A stretch of DNA of 63,583 nt, counting the filler, from Octopus bimaculoides (Eukaryota), in NCBI RefSeq assembly GCF_001194135.2. It is 5 parts of 4 records of this genome, joined end to end, with 100 filler letters (N's around TTAATTAATTAA, not from the genome) between each part and the next. Parts side by side here need not be neighbours in the genome. Positions count along the whole stretch, not along the records: positions 1 to 23,519 come from NC_068986.1; positions 23,620 to 40,465 come from NC_068986.1; 3 more parts are not named here. The stretch is one strand, 5' to 3'. This document shows, piece by piece, positions 12,412 to 25,754 of the stretch; position 1 is the first letter of the stretch, and each line of letters opens with the position of its first letter. The position numbers and the translations under genes are program-made. Under the pieces are notes generated by a model. It saw only the letters and a list, made by a program, of their open reading frames with translations, did no database searches and was not told where the DNA came from.

Positions 12412-12627
12412 TATGAAATTAAATGACAAGGGAACAGAAATTACATCATCAGCTTCTGTTTTTACCATAAGATATAGCGAATTCAGAGCTGAATGCTTGT
12501 GCATTACCTCCTAGCTTCTTCGGAGCATTTGAAATAACATGCATGTTTATTTCGAAAAGCATTTAAATACATGCTAATGAAGTTGATTACGCAATTCCTG
12601 TTCCCTTATCATTTATTAATTTTCATA
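12412..12627. mobile_element. About 215-bp MITE with roughly 45-bp imperfect TIRs
   Basis: TATGAAATTAAATGACAAGGGAACAGAAATTACATCATCAGCTTC (12412-12456) versus the reverse complement of 12579-12627, TATGAAAATTAATAAATGATAAGGGAACAGGAATTGCGTAATCAACTTC. Confidence 0.65.
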
Positions 12628-12840
12628 CACATACATACATACATACATACGCACACGCACGTGCACACGAACACACACAGACAAACTTAAACAAAAACAA
12701 CGGTGAGTGCGTGTGTGTAAATAAATATTTTTGTTGTCAAAGGATTTTTACGTTGTCATACATTGATAAGGATTTTTGTTGAGAGTTTACTCTATCAATA
12801 ACTACCTGTGTACATTAAGTATTTACTTATGGCACGTGCC

Positions 12841-12895
<55 letters not shown>

Positions 12896-13530
12896 NNNNN
12901 NNNNNNNNNNNNNNNNNNNNNNNNNNNNNNNNNNNNNNNNNNNNNNNNNNNNNNNNNNNNNNNNNNNNNNNNNNNNNNNNNNNNNNNNNNNNNNNNNNNN
13001 NNNNNNNNNNNNNNNNNNNNNNNNNNNNNNNNNNNNNNNNNNNNNNNNNNNNATTGTTAGTTATTACCTGTATTCACCCGATGTAAACGCTTTTTTTTTT
13101 GCATGGTGTAACACTTCTGTTCATCAAAAAAAAACATGTCTGAAACAAATGTATTGAACCGCAATCCATCTGTGTTTTTATACACACACGCGCGCGCGCG
13201 CGCACATATGTGTGTGCCTATATATAGGTAGAGCGAGAAACGCAATTGTCAAGTACGTAAGAAACTTTAAACAGGAGCGATATATTCAAAATTAGTAAAA
13301 CTAAAAATTGCCGAGTATAAACAAAATTTATTATTGTCACTGAATATGTTAATGTTATTTAATTTCTGAACAGTTTGGCTGTCGTTTGTTTATGTAGTTT
13401 GATTTCATAATCCATAAGTTTCTAATAAGATAGAGACGCGAGTAAAACTGATAATAGAGAAACGAAAATAAAACTTTGGAAACAACAACGCCGTCATAAC
13501 TTATGTGGAAACCATGATCGTGCTTTCAAG

Positions 13531-13796
13531 GGAGATAATCAGAGAAAGACTTGAAAGTCAACGTAAGATCGTAATGCTTTATGTAAAGTAAAGTAAATAT
13601 AGCAAATAATCCAGAATCCTTGTCTGGTACTGGATCGATCCCAAAATATAATCAGTCGGTGCCAGTCACGAGGCCAAACATCCCTGTAAGTTTCATCCGA
13701 ATCCATCTCGCAGTTCTTGAGATATCTTGTCTGCGGACAAACAAACAAACATAACTGGAAACAATACCTCAGCCTTCGTTATGGCGGAGGTAATAA
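13531..13796. mobile_element. HINE/DINE-like non-autonomous rolling-circle element, partial
   Basis: Shares ATCCAGAATCCTTGTC.GGTAC.GGATCGATC...GAGATATCTT...(ACAA)n with 21105-21260 and ends in the ACCTC.GCC/GGCGGAGGT hairpin. Confidence 0.55.
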
Positions 13797-14516
13797 AATA
13801 AAATCATTATTTCCCTCTAGCAAATTTTACTGATAAACCTTCGATCGACTATAAGTCACGGTAGAAGACATTTGCCCAGGGTACTACGCAATAGGAGAGT
13901 ACCCGAAACCACGAATTTACGAAGCGAACTTCTTAATCTCGCAGCCATGTCTGAGAATGTTATCAAACGTATCGGAAGAACACAAAAGTTGGAGAGAGAT
14001 GACACTTAAAGGCGAGGATGTATTTTTGTTATGATTTAGTCCCATGTAAGCCCTGATAGGGCCAAATTAGGATCAAGGGCTTTCCAGCCTTGACCATTCT
14101 GTCTTTTCTTTTCCTTCAGATTTAATGCAATCTTTCTTATTTAAAGACAGTAGGGGTGGGATTTGAGGGAGATTTGGTTACTTTCTCTAGCTGACTGAAT
14201 AACCATGTTGAGACTCCTTTGGCTTAAGATTAAATCTGTGTTTAAAGGGAGATAAGTCATAGCGCAAAAGTTGAGATCATGAGTACAAGATGTTGGGGTG
14301 GAGTGTGGGGCTGCGGATGTTATTGGATTATTGGACTTACTTGACAAGAAGGTGGTGGTGGTTGTGGTGGTGGTGGTTGTGGTGGTGGTGGTTGTGGTGG
14401 TGGTGGTTGTGGTGGTGGTGGTTGNNNNNNNNNNNNNNNNNNNNNNNNNNNNNNNNNGTGGTGGTGGTGGTGGTTATGATTGAGTACCGATATTTATGAT
14501 GATGGTGATGATGATG

Positions 14517-14548
<32 letters not shown>

Positions 14549-15266
14549 GATGATGACGATGATGATGATGATGATTCACTGATTAATTACTGAAGCTGTA
14601 ATGTTTTTGTTTTGTTAAAAACTACCAAAAAAAAACTAAAAGCAAAAAGGCAAGCGAAGTTTCTGTGAAATGAAGAAGTGCGATAGAAGTGAACGGGATG
14701 GGTAGATAAAGGTGGGAAGCGTTGTAGAAACATCATTATCGTCATCAACCCTAATTTCTTTTTCGGTTTGTTTGCTTTTTTTTTGTTTACAAAAGCATCT
14801 CCGCCTCCACCGTCAACCCCCACACACCATCCACCACTGTCGTTCTCTTCTCAGCATCTGTCAACTTCAACAGGNNNNNNNNNNNNNNNNNNNNNNNNNN
14901 NNNNNNNNNNNNNNNNNNNNNNNNNNNNNNNNNNNNNNNNNNNNNNNNNNNNNNNNNNNNNNNNNNNNNNNNNNNNNNNNNNNNNNNNNNNNNNNNNNNN
15001 NNNNNNGTGCGCGTGCATGTGTGTGTGTGCGTGTTTGTCTATCTTTCTTCCTCTACACACACAGACACACACACACACATACACTCTCACTCACTCACAT
15101 GTTTGTAATGATGATTCTATCTCTCTCTCTCTCTCTCATACTCTCCTCTCTTTCCTCTCTCTCTCATACTCTCCTCTCTTTCCTCTCTCTCTCCCCCTCT
15201 CTCTCACTCTTTGCCCTTTCCTTTCTCTCTCCCCTCTCTCTCACTCCCCTCTCTTTCCTCTCTCTC

Positions 15267-15331
<65 letters not shown>

Positions 15332-15378
15332 TCCAATATAAATTAGAAGCACTTTGTGTATGTGTGTTCGATTTTGTT

Positions 15379-15428
<50 letters not shown>

Positions 15429-17029
15429 AGTGTGTATGTATGCATGCACGCGTATATGTAACGGTTAAATCATGTAACTATTGGTGACAGTCATTACAGA
15501 CACACAAACACAAACACACATACATATATACACACACACACACACATATTTTATGAGTGTGTGAATGTGTGGTGTGTGTATATATATATATATATATCTA
15601 AGTGTGTATGTCTAGGTGTGCGTGCGTGTGTGATTCGAAGTAGGCTATCAAATGACACACAGGTTCGAATCCTAACTTAATACTGACACCTGCTCTAAAA
15701 CAGATTAAGGTCACCTGCGGCTGCTTTGGAAAACAATTTTCACTTGATAGATTGATAGAGATTGTTTGACAGGTGAGGGTGTTGGTGAGGATAGTGAGAA
15801 TGGTAAGGATGGGGATGGTGGTGGTGGGGGAATTGGCGGGTGAGGACGACGGTAAGGATGGTGTAGGTGGAGGTGGGGATAGTCTTGATGTTTGTATTAG
15901 TAGCGGTGGTGATGACGGTGTCGATTGTAGAGGTAGTGGTGGTAGTAGTAGTAGCGTGGATGGTTGCTTTAGTAGTAGTAGTGGTGTTAATGGAGGTGTT
16001 GTTGTTGGTGGTGGTGATAGCAGTGGAGGTAGTGATTGTNNNNNNNNNNNNNNNNNNNNNNNNNNNNNNNNNNNNNNNNNNNNNNNNNNNNNNNNNNNNN
16101 NNNNNNNNNNNNNNNNNNNNNNNNNNNNNNNNNNNNNNNNNNNNNNNNNNNNNNNNNNNNNNNNNNNNNNNNNNNNNNNNNNNNNNNNNNNNNNNNNNNN
16201 NNNNNNNNNNNNNNNNNNNNNNNNNNNNNNNNNNNNNNNNNNNNNNNNNNNNNNNNNNNNNNNNNNNNNNNNNNNNNNNNNNNNNNNNNNNNNNNNNNNN
16301 NNNNNNNNNNNNNNNNNNNNNNNNNNNNNNNNNNNNNNNNNNNNNNNNNNNNNNNNNNNNNNNNNNNNNNNNNNNNNNNNNNNNNNNNNNNNNNNNNNNN
16401 NNNNNNNNNNNNNNNNNNNNNNNNNNNNNNNNNNNNNNNNNNNNNNNNNNNNNNNNNNNNNNNNNNNNNNNNNNNNNNNNNNNNNNNNNNNNNNNNNNNN
16501 NNNNNNNNNNNNNNNNNNNNNNNNNNNNNNNNNNNNNNNNNNNNNNNNNNNNNNNNNNNNNNNNNNNNNNNNNNNNNNNNNNNNNNNNNNNNNNNNNNNN
16601 NNNNNNNNNNNNNNNNNNNNNNNNNNNNNNNNNNNNNNNNNNNNNNNNNNNNNNNNNNNNNNNNNNNNNNNNNNNNNNNNNNNNNNNNNNNNNNNNNNNN
16701 NNNNNNNNNNNNNNNNNNNNNNNNNNNNNNNNNNNNNNNNNNNNNNNNNNNNNNNNNNNNNNNNNNNNNNNNNNNNNNNNNNNNNNNNNNNNNNNNNNNN
16801 NNNNNNNNNNNNNNNNNNNNNNNNNNNNNNNNNNNNNNNNNNNNNNNNNNNNNNNNNNNNNNNNNNNNNNNNNNNNNNNNNNNNNNNNNNNNNNNNNNNN
16901 NNNNNNNNNNNNNNNNNNNNNNNNNNNNNNNNNNNNNNNNNNNNNNNNNNNNNNNNNNNNNNNNNNNNNNNNNNNNNNNNNNNNNNNNNNNNNNNNNNNN
17001 NNNNNNNNNNNNNNNNNNNNNNNNNNNNT

Positions 17030-17410
17030 CTGTCTTTATGATTTGAGTTCAAATTCTGCTGCCGTTGACTTTGCCTTTCACCCGCTCGGGGTCGATAAAA
17101 TAAGTACCTTGAACTTATAGGAGTGTCCAATATCTTCGAGGTTTAAGGCAGTGAGCTGGCAGAAACGTTAGCCCTTCAGGCGAAATGCTTAGCGGTATTT
17201 CGTCTGTCTTTATGTTCTGAGTTCAAATTCTGCCGAAGTCGACTTTGCCTTTCATCCTTTCGGAGTCGATAAATTAAGTACCAGTTGCGTACTGGGGTCG
17301 ATCTAATTGACTGGTCCCCTTCCCCAAAATTTCGAGCCTTGTGCCTAGAGTAGAAAAGAATATCTTCGAGGTTGACTTTCTTTCTCATTCTTTCAGGGGT
17401 CGACAAAATA
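17030..17410 (+). mobile_element. Cluster of family A SINE copies: partial, full, partial
   Basis: B-box and core at about 17045, 17220 and 17370. Confidence 0.8.
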
Positions 17411-17949
17411 AATTACTAACCATACTACTAGGGTAGAGGTAATCAACCAAACACCCTCATCTTTAATGTCTGCTCTGATTGAATGTTAAAAATCAATATT
17501 GCTTTTTGTTTCGTCGCCAAAGTCAATATAGTTTACCTGATCTGGTTATTTAATCTACATTCACCTACATAAGATTGACCTTCAGTCTATTTGATCTCAG
17601 AATAGTGATGAATAATTCGTTGGCTTTGTGCAACGACTCCATCACCCTAATCAGTTAATTAACTAATTATTTGTTTCATATTTTGGCACAAGGCCAGCAA
17701 TATCGGAAGAGGAGTGTCATGTTTTGTGATTTGTTTATTTCGTAAGCACAGGTATAGGAACAAGAATCAAATAACCGTAAACTGCGAATTTCTATCTCGC
17801 CGCAGCGGAAGCACAACCAACAGTAGAACGTATGAGAAGGGGTAACAACATCAACCATGATCTTGTAGCGATTGAATCAATTGTGTGTCCCCGTTTATTT
17901 TAATTAACTTGAAGAACTTTCTTTCGTTCCTTGCTGCTTCTTAGACCAA

Positions 17950-18215
17950 CAACCAACTGAGACAATATGAGTTTGACTCTTTTACTTAACAGAAATTGTT
18001 TGAGACGGGTAACGGCCCATACGATGGCAAATGCTTCACGTTCGATATTTGACCAATTAGATTCAGTAGGTGTCAATTTTCTTGGCACTTATAGAACATG
18101 ATGACTTTTGCCGCAACGCTGTTCATTGATGCCTCTGTCGTCAGCTCGGTAATTAATTTAGGATCAAATGGCTTCGACACTGGTTCTTTGCATAGCTCGT
18201 CTTTAATATTCTCAA
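17950..18215 (-). pseudogene. Ty3/Gypsy RT-RNase H fragment
   Basis: RKLTPTESNWSNIEREAFAIVWAVTRLKQFLL is the Gypsy RNase H motif; preceded by FENIKDELCKEPVSKPFDPK* with frameshifts. Confidence 0.8.
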
Positions 18216-19254
18216 ATTCAAGTTATTTGAGTCGATGACATCGATCTCCAGTGTCCAACTGTTGCTTATTTTATCGACTGCGACAGAATTTGAACTTGGG
18301 ACGTAAAGACACACGAAGTGTTGCTAAGCATTTTACCTGCCTTACAGTTAGATAATTAATTATTGTTTTTGTTTTTGCTTGTTTGTGTACTGTTAGCACC
18401 AGATCAATCCCGATTGAGCAAATGTATAATCAATGACGTTCCAGCCGTGACCGTGTCTTCTTTTCGTATATTCAGGGCTACATTGCTGTGATTTCCCCCT
18501 CTTTTTCTTTGAAGAAGACAGAGTATGGTTTTTGAAGGAACTTAGCGGCTTTTTAAAGCATCTTGGTCAACGCATAGTCTTCTATTTGTTGTTGATGTTG
18601 TTTTTGCTATTGCTGTGTTACCTCAGGTCACTTCTGATTAAGCTGGCGACCATTATGCATTCTCCCACACGAAGTGAGGAGTTATATGGAGATGAGTGTA
18701 ACAGACTGAATCTATCTCGTCTGGTAATTTGGTAATTCATACCAAATGTGTTAATGTGTTGAGTGCTACTCTCTTTCGTTCGTTCTGCCACTCACATGAG
18801 TATATGTATATATATATATATATATATATAAGAAAATTCATAAGATGGAGACATAATATTTAATAAAAATTTATTATCTGCAAAAATCCAGCATATTCTC
18901 TTACAGCTGTTTCAATTAAGCCTAAAGATTAAAATAGCAATTGTTAAATTATTATATNNNNNNNNNNNNNNNNNNNNNNNNNNNNNNNNNNNNNNNNNNN
19001 NNNNNNNNNNNNNNNNNNNNNNNNNNNNNNNNNNNNNNNNNNNNNNNNNNNNNNNNNNNNNNNNNNNNNNNNNNNNNNNNNNNNNNNNNNNNNNNNNNNN
19101 NNNNNNNNNNNNNNNNNNNNNNNNNNNNNNNNNNNNNNNNNNNNNNNNNNNNNNNNNNNNNNNNNNNNNNNNNNNNNNNNNNNNNNNNNNNNNNNNNNNN
19201 NNNNNNNNNNNNNNNNNNNNNNNNNNNNNNNNNNNNNNNNNNNNNNNNNNNNNN

Positions 19255-19480
19255 GTTGTCAAGCGATGTTGGGGGGACAAACACAGACATACAAACACAT
19301 ACACACATACATATATATACATATATACGACAGGCTTCTTTCAGTTTCCGTCTACCAAATCCACTCACAAGGCATTGGTCGGCCCGAGGCTATAGTAGAA
19401 GGCACTTGCCCAAGATGCCACGCAGTGGGACTGAACCCGGGACCATGTGGTTTGTAAGCAAGCTACTTACCACACAGCCA
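19255..19480 (-). mobile_element. Family O CORE SINE, truncated by a gap
   Basis: GGCTTCTTTCAGTTTCCGTCTACCAAATCCACTCACAAGGC...CACTTGCCCAAGATGCCACGCAGTGGGACTGAACCCGG...CACACAGCCA. Confidence 0.8.
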
Positions 19481-19599
19481 CTATATATATATATATACAC
19501 GCATCACTATATATATATATATACACGCATCACTCACGCACATACACACACACATATACACACGCATTCATATATCCATATGAGGTTCCTTTGTTTGAA

Positions 19600-20400
19600 A
19601 CAGTAAAACTTCTAAATTCCTCATCATCGCTCGCGTATAAGACGTTCTTAGTCACTTCTTTTGAATGAAGTGAAATTGGCATAGATTGCTACAGCTTTAT
19701 ATTACGTAGGACCAAGCTGATTGGTGTAAACATTACTATAGGAACTTTAATTTTTACCTTCAAATTTATGCGTCGTCACATGCTTACTTTTATATTGTTT
19801 GCATATTGTTTGTGTCCTTATTATTATTTTTTTGTTAGCATTGTCCTTTTTCACGACAAAACTGCTTCCATTATTAATTTATCTTTTGTAGGCAATTTTG
19901 TAGACTATAGATGTGTTGTTCACTAACGTTTTCCCATCTAGCTTTGTCTCGATTGTGGTTAGTTGGATGGTTGGTTGGTTTGTTGGTGTAGCGAATTATT
20001 ATTGCTCCTCGTTTGTAAATGCCTGGTGAGTCAACGGAAGAGTGAAGCTTACAACTTACATATTTGCAATCGAATTTATTAATCATATTGCTCATTAGCA
20101 GCTTGTTTGCAGGTTTACATGCCTGTGGTGCGTTATTGATAAAAAGGTCTGTACTTTAAGAGTTCTTTCTTTTTTATGTAGTATATTACGAGGGTTTGTT
20201 TATGGTTTAGTGTAGAACTTGTATTCTGTTTTATGAGGTTCTCCGATAATGGTTTTACTCTATTCTGTAGTTAGTATTTGATGTATATGGTACACATTAT
20301 GTGTGGTCTGTATGTTTGTAATGAATGTAGTGTCTGATGTATGTGCTGTGTAATGTTGTAGTTGTATTGATCTATAGCTTAGTCTATCAGTTAGTTAGAA
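19600..20400 (-). pseudogene. Highly decayed Penelope-like element 3' region
   Basis: Frameshifted remnants resembling C-N-C-R...LDGKC-VNN upstream of the GIY-YIG domain and a C-N-L-C C-terminal motif. Weak, by eye only. Confidence 0.3.
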
Positions 20401-20602
20401 AGCCTGTTATCGATTAGCGTTTGTTTTATTTCTGTGGATTTCTTTATCCAGTTTTTATCTCTTGCTTCTTTCAGGCCATGCTGGGGCACCACGTTGAAGA
20501 TTTTTTGGTCGAACGAATCGATTTGGTAGACGGAAACTGAAAGAAGCCCGTCGTAAATATATATACATATATATACATACATACATGCATACATACGTAC
20601 AT

Positions 20603-20690
<88 letters not shown>

Positions 20691-20927
20691 TCCCCACCAT
20701 CGCTTGGCAACTGATACTAGCGTGTTTACGTCTCCGTAACTTAGCAGTTCGGTCCAAGAAACCGATAGAATAATTACTAGGCTTAAAAAAATAAGTTCAG
20801 GGGTCGATTTGTTCGACTAAAGGCGGTGCTCCAACCTGGCTGCAGTCAAATGACTGAAACAAATAAAAAAAAAATCCAGAAGAAAGTTTTCTTGATAACT
20901 TTTGTATAATAACTTAAAAGTATATAC

Positions 20928-21277
20928 AAAACAAGAGCACTTAGAAAGCGCAAATCTCCGCCAAGGCAACACCAACGTCCTCTCAACGATTAACCAGAGA
21001 TGATACTTGAAATGAGAAAATCTGAAATAAACTTGACTGCTCTCACAAATGAGAATACTAAAAATGAACCCGAAAGTTCTCAAAAGTTAAGTAAAAAAAA
21101 AACAGGAAAAGTAATCCAGAATCCTTGTCCGGTACCGGATCGATCTTAAAATCTAATCAGTTCGTGCCAGTCAGGTGACCAAACATCCCTGAAAATTTCA
21201 TTTGAATCCATCCATCGGTTCTTGAGATATCTTATCCACGGACAGACAAACAAACAAGACTAAGGCGGGGGTAATAA
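20928..21277. mobile_element. Near-complete HINE/DINE-like element
   Basis: Starts AAACAAGAGCACTTAGAAAGCGCAAATCTCCGCCAAGGC; subterminal CTCCGCC is complementary to GGCGG(A/G)G near the other end; internal (ACAA)n; A-runs at both flanks. Confidence 0.55.
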
Positions 21278-21502
21278 TAGATAATTCAAGGAAAAACAGG
21301 TTCGGATCACACACGGAAAGAGCGGAAACGACAAACCCGAAGTACCGGAAATAATAAGCCATTCATATATAATAAATGTTTAAAACAGTCTACACTTATG
21401 TACAGAGTTCCGTAATTTATCGTTTCTCCGTGAATCAATAGAAATATACATACGTACATACATACATACATACATACATTAATATATACATACATACATG
21501 TT

Positions 21503-21750
21503 GGCACTCCGTCGCTTACGACGCCGAGGGTTCCAGTTGATCCGATCAACGCAACAGCCTGCTCGTGAAATTAACGTGCAAGTGGCTGAGCACTCCACAG
21601 ACACGTGTACCCTTAACGTAGTTCTCGGGGATATTCAGCGTGACACAGAGTGACAAGGCTGACCCTTTGAAATACAGGTACAACAGAAACAGGAAGTAAG
21701 AGTGAGAGAAAGTTGTGGTGAAAGAGTACAGCAGGGTTCGCCACCATCCC
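21503..21750 (-). mobile_element. SINE family C, head lost in a gap
   Basis: Near-identical to 58851-59100; CpGs intact. Confidence 0.85.
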
Positions 21751-22381
21751 NNNNNNNNNNNNNNNNNNNNNNNNNNNNNNNNNNNNNNNATACATACATA
21801 CATACATTTCATACATACAGTAAAACTATGCAAGACTTTTCTCAGGTTTAAAGTGTGACTTGACTGGTACTTTATTTTATCATTTCAAAAAAAAAAAAAA
21901 AAGATAAAAGACAAAGTCAACTTCGGCGCGATTTGAACTCAGAGCGTGAAGAGCCGAAAGACAATTCTAACGATTCTGCCAGCTCGCAACCTTATAGCCC
22001 CTGCACCAGAGTCGTCTTAGTAACATTACAGGCCCCAGGGCGAATCAATGTATTGGGCCCTATAGTGTTTATTTATTGACAGCAAGCCACAAGTATACAT
22101 CGATCAGAATTTAACCCCTATACCCGTAACGCCTTCGGGTTTACTGTCCAGTAGGCCCATGCATGCATAACTCTCAAATGAGCGAAATAGTTTCGAATGA
22201 AATGACTTTGATCAAAGGGCCTGCTGGATCAAAGTTGACCTAGGGCTAAACGACAACAACAACAAGAACAAAAACCAGGTGCGACAAAGTTACAATACAT
22301 TTACCTGTTGTAGCTGTATTTTGCCATTGTTGCCAGTTGAACCATCCTTGGTAAGTCCTCTGTGTCAATTCGCGTGCGTGT

Positions 22382-22432
<51 letters not shown>

Positions 22433-23263
22433 TGTGCGTGTGTGCGAGTGAATATGTGTGTTTGTGTGTGTGTGTGTGTGCGTGTGTATCTGTGCGTGTG
22501 TGTATTTTAACAAGGCAAAAAATTACTTCTTTTCGAAGTATATATATATCTATATATGTGTAAGGAAAGCGTGTGTATATATTTGTATTTAGTGTGGCTA
22601 TACGTATGTGTGTGAATGTGTGTGTGTGTGTGTATGTGTGTGTGGGAGAGAGAGAGAGAGAGGGAGAGGGAGAGGGAAAGAGTGTGCGCGTGTATATATC
22701 TGTATATTTATATATCTATATATGTATATGCGTGTGTGTATATATTTGTATATCCATGTCTCTATGCACAGCTACATGTGTGTGAATATAAGTGTATGAA
22801 TGAATGTAAGTACGTGTCTGGTGTGTATGTGCGCGCGCGGCTGTACGTATGGTGTGTGTTTCTTTGAGATACATATAAGTTCTTCTTAATGGAATCCAAG
22901 CCGCTCGCAAACAAAGTGAAAAGACTGTAGTTAAATCAGTTAAGACGGTTCCCAGGGTTTGCAAATATATATGAATGAGTCAGTGTGTTCATATATTCAG
23001 CGGTATGCGTCTGGACTTATGCTCTGCGCGAACAAGTTTCTTCAATACTTAGGTGTTTATGCGCGCGTGTGTGCATCACAACTCTTTATATATACGTGTT
23101 TTATAGAAGCACACAATAGCGTGCATACATTCTTTTCGAACATAATTTTGTATGTATGTATGTATGTAAGTTTTCTTGAGTTTTTATTTAAATTCTTCGC
23201 ATAAATCAAGCCGGTCTCTAACAAGTTGACAAGTTCTCTTTGGTTAAATCTAGAACAGTTTCG

Positions 23264-23296
<33 letters not shown>

Positions 23297-23414
23297 CAAC
23301 ATTTTTGACTAATAGGTATGTCAATTAGTGTCTTGATTAAAGCACGTTCGCAGTTTGGGCTACCTGACGGTCATCCTCGGTTGGAGGAATTCCAGTGTTT
23401 CCTTCATTAATTTA

Positions 23415-23460
<46 letters not shown>

Positions 23461-23519
23461 GTTTTCTATATAGAAAACAATTAAATTTTGGAAAAATTAA
23501 AAGAAAAGTTTTTTAAAAG

Positions 23520-23619
23520 NNNNNNNNNNNNNNNNNNNNNNNNNNNNNNNNNNNNNNNNNNNNTTAATTAATTAANNNNNNNNNNNNNNNNNNNNNNNNN
23601 NNNNNNNNNNNNNNNNNNN
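23520..23619. other. Artificial assembly spacer: 44 N, TTAATTAATTAA, 44 N
   Basis: Six-frame stop linker at 23564-23575; the identical 100-bp construct occurs four times. Confidence 0.9.
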
Positions 23620-23774
23620 AATATGTATATATGCACAGACATAAATATAAGTATATATAATTCCACACACAAACAAACACAAATACATGCACAAACACAC
23701 AAACAAACACACACACATGCACACACACGCACACACGCACGCACACACGCACGCACACACACACACACACACAC

Positions 23775-24270
23775 ATGAGACAAAATGGTGAAAAAGGATC
23801 TTCAGACTCTAGGCCTCACTGAGGAGATGACAAGGGACCTCTGGTGATTTGTTGTACTTCAGAAGACATGCCAGGCTAAGTAAAATCGCGGCCATCCATC
23901 CATACATACAGGTATGTCCTTTATAGCCATGCCCACACTCCCTCTCCCCAGCTGAAAAGTCTTTGTCTTGCAGGTGCCAGTGCCGTGTAAAATGCATTTG
24001 TGCTGGTTTCACATAAAATGCACATGTGTCAGTGCCATATAGAATGCACTCGTGCTGGTGTCATGTAAAATGCACTCATGTTGGCACCACATAAAAAGCA
24101 CCCAGTACACTCAGTAAAGTGATTGGCATTAGGAAGGACATTCAACCATAGAAACCATAGCAAGACAGACAATTGGAGCCTGGACAGCTCTATGGCTGGC
24201 CAGCTCCTATCAAACCGTCTAATCCATGCCAGCATGGAAAGCAGACATTAAGTGATGACAATAGGACGAC
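23775..24270 (+). mobile_element. RTE LINE 3' end: ORF2 C-terminus, 3' UTR with about 30-bp tandem repeats, family D tail
   Basis: MVKKDLQTLGLTEEMTRD matches the RTE C-termini at 43390 and 55285; followed by GGCATTAGGAAGG.CAT.CA.C..TAGAAAC...CCATGCCAGCATGGAAAGCAGAC.TTAA.TGATGA. Confidence 0.75.
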
Positions 24271-25021
24271 TATGATGATAATGATATGTACATATGCTGT
24301 TTAGAGGTTTCCCTAGGCAGAGGAATATACAAGCAGAGGGATATGCAAGAGGGATATACTCCCATATGCATATGTATCTCTGAAATGCTAAAACATGAAA
24401 ACACACCTCTGCTGAATGAAATCTCTAAACATTATTTAATAACTATTTCAGTAAGAAAGAGGAAATTGAGAGCTACGGGTATAGAAGAACTCCTGGTTAT
24501 TTTGATATTCTAAGCTACTCCGAGAAACAAACCAGCACTGAGAATGGTCCAGAGTGTCACCCAAGCAATAAATTAAATGCTAGAAAAAATAATACTGTAG
24601 AGAGGCTGAGAATAGGCAGTTTATTAATATTGTTTATTGTAAGAATAAGAGGGGGGGGAGTATTCTGAATTGCAAGGCAGTATAGCCAGTGTGTTTGCAT
24701 GGTTCAAGAAGGATCAAGATTTTTAGTGAGAGGTCCAAAATGACATAGATTGACTTTGCATAAGAAAAAGGCAAGGTGGTATGAAAGATTGTTGAATGAT
24801 TTGTGTGTGAAAGTGGAGAACTACTACAATCAGACCTGTCAGAGCAACCGGTTATGAAAATTGAGTTCAATATAAGTTAGCAAGGCTATTAAATAAATGA
24901 GAACACACAAAGCAGTAGATCCATTAAGGATGTTTGTTGCAATGTCAAAAGATTATCTAGGTTATATGTTAATTATTTCTTTAGTTGGTCAGATAATAGC
25001 AATATTGTTAAATGTAGTAGT

Positions 25022-25389
25022 GGCACTCTGTCAGTTACAACGACGAGGGTTCCAGTTGATCCAATCAACAGAACAGCCTGCTCCTGAAATTAATGTGCAA
25101 GTGGCTAAGCATTCCACAGACATGTGTACCCTTAATGTAGTTCTCGGGGAGATTCAGCGTGACAAGGCTGGCACTTTGAAATACAGGTACAACAGAAACA
25201 GGAAGAAAGAGTGAGAGAAAGTTGTGGTGAAAGAGTACAGCAGGGTTCGTCACCACCCCCTACTGGAGCCATGTGGAGCTTTAGGTGTTTTTGCTCAATA
25301 AATACTCACAATGCCTGGTCTGGGGATCAAAGCCGTGATCCTACAATCGCGAGTCTGCTGCCCTAACTACTAGGCCATTGCATCTCCAC
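25022..25389 (-). mobile_element. Full-length SINE family C, CpG-decayed
   Basis: Collinear with 58851-59232, with many CG to TG/CA changes. Confidence 0.85.
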
Positions 25390-25754
25390 CTTGTTATTAA
25401 ATGTACTGTGGAAGTGAAATTACAAATTACAGAAATTACAGAAATTACACCGTCAAAGGATAAAGTATTGTATGTAACTGGGAGTGCTTTATTAAAGTTA
25501 TCGCAAGAAATAAGATTAACCTGGATAAATTGTAGTGTAGGCTGCACTAATTTATGGGACAACAAATTTTTTATAGTTAGGAAACTACAAGAAAATATTA
25601 GCTTAAAACAAACCTCTCTACTTTGTATCAGGCAATCTGTAGAAAGCATTTGATAAGGTCCTAGGCCCTCTTGCGAAGAATAATGAAGCTTGGTGTAAAT
25701 GAAAACTTGTGAGATTGATTCAGTTATGTAGGAGGGCAGTTGGAGTGAAGTTAG

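Noticed and set aside
15770-16040. Gly/Ser/Val-rich or Pro/Thr-rich coding region
   Set aside because: A degenerate GGT/AGT/GAT trinucleotide tract running into a gap; open frames on both strands are expected.
15598-17130. Long ORFs of 300-510 aa (also 2192-3322 and 28156-29004)
   Set aside because: They are open only because they run through N gaps and simple repeats.
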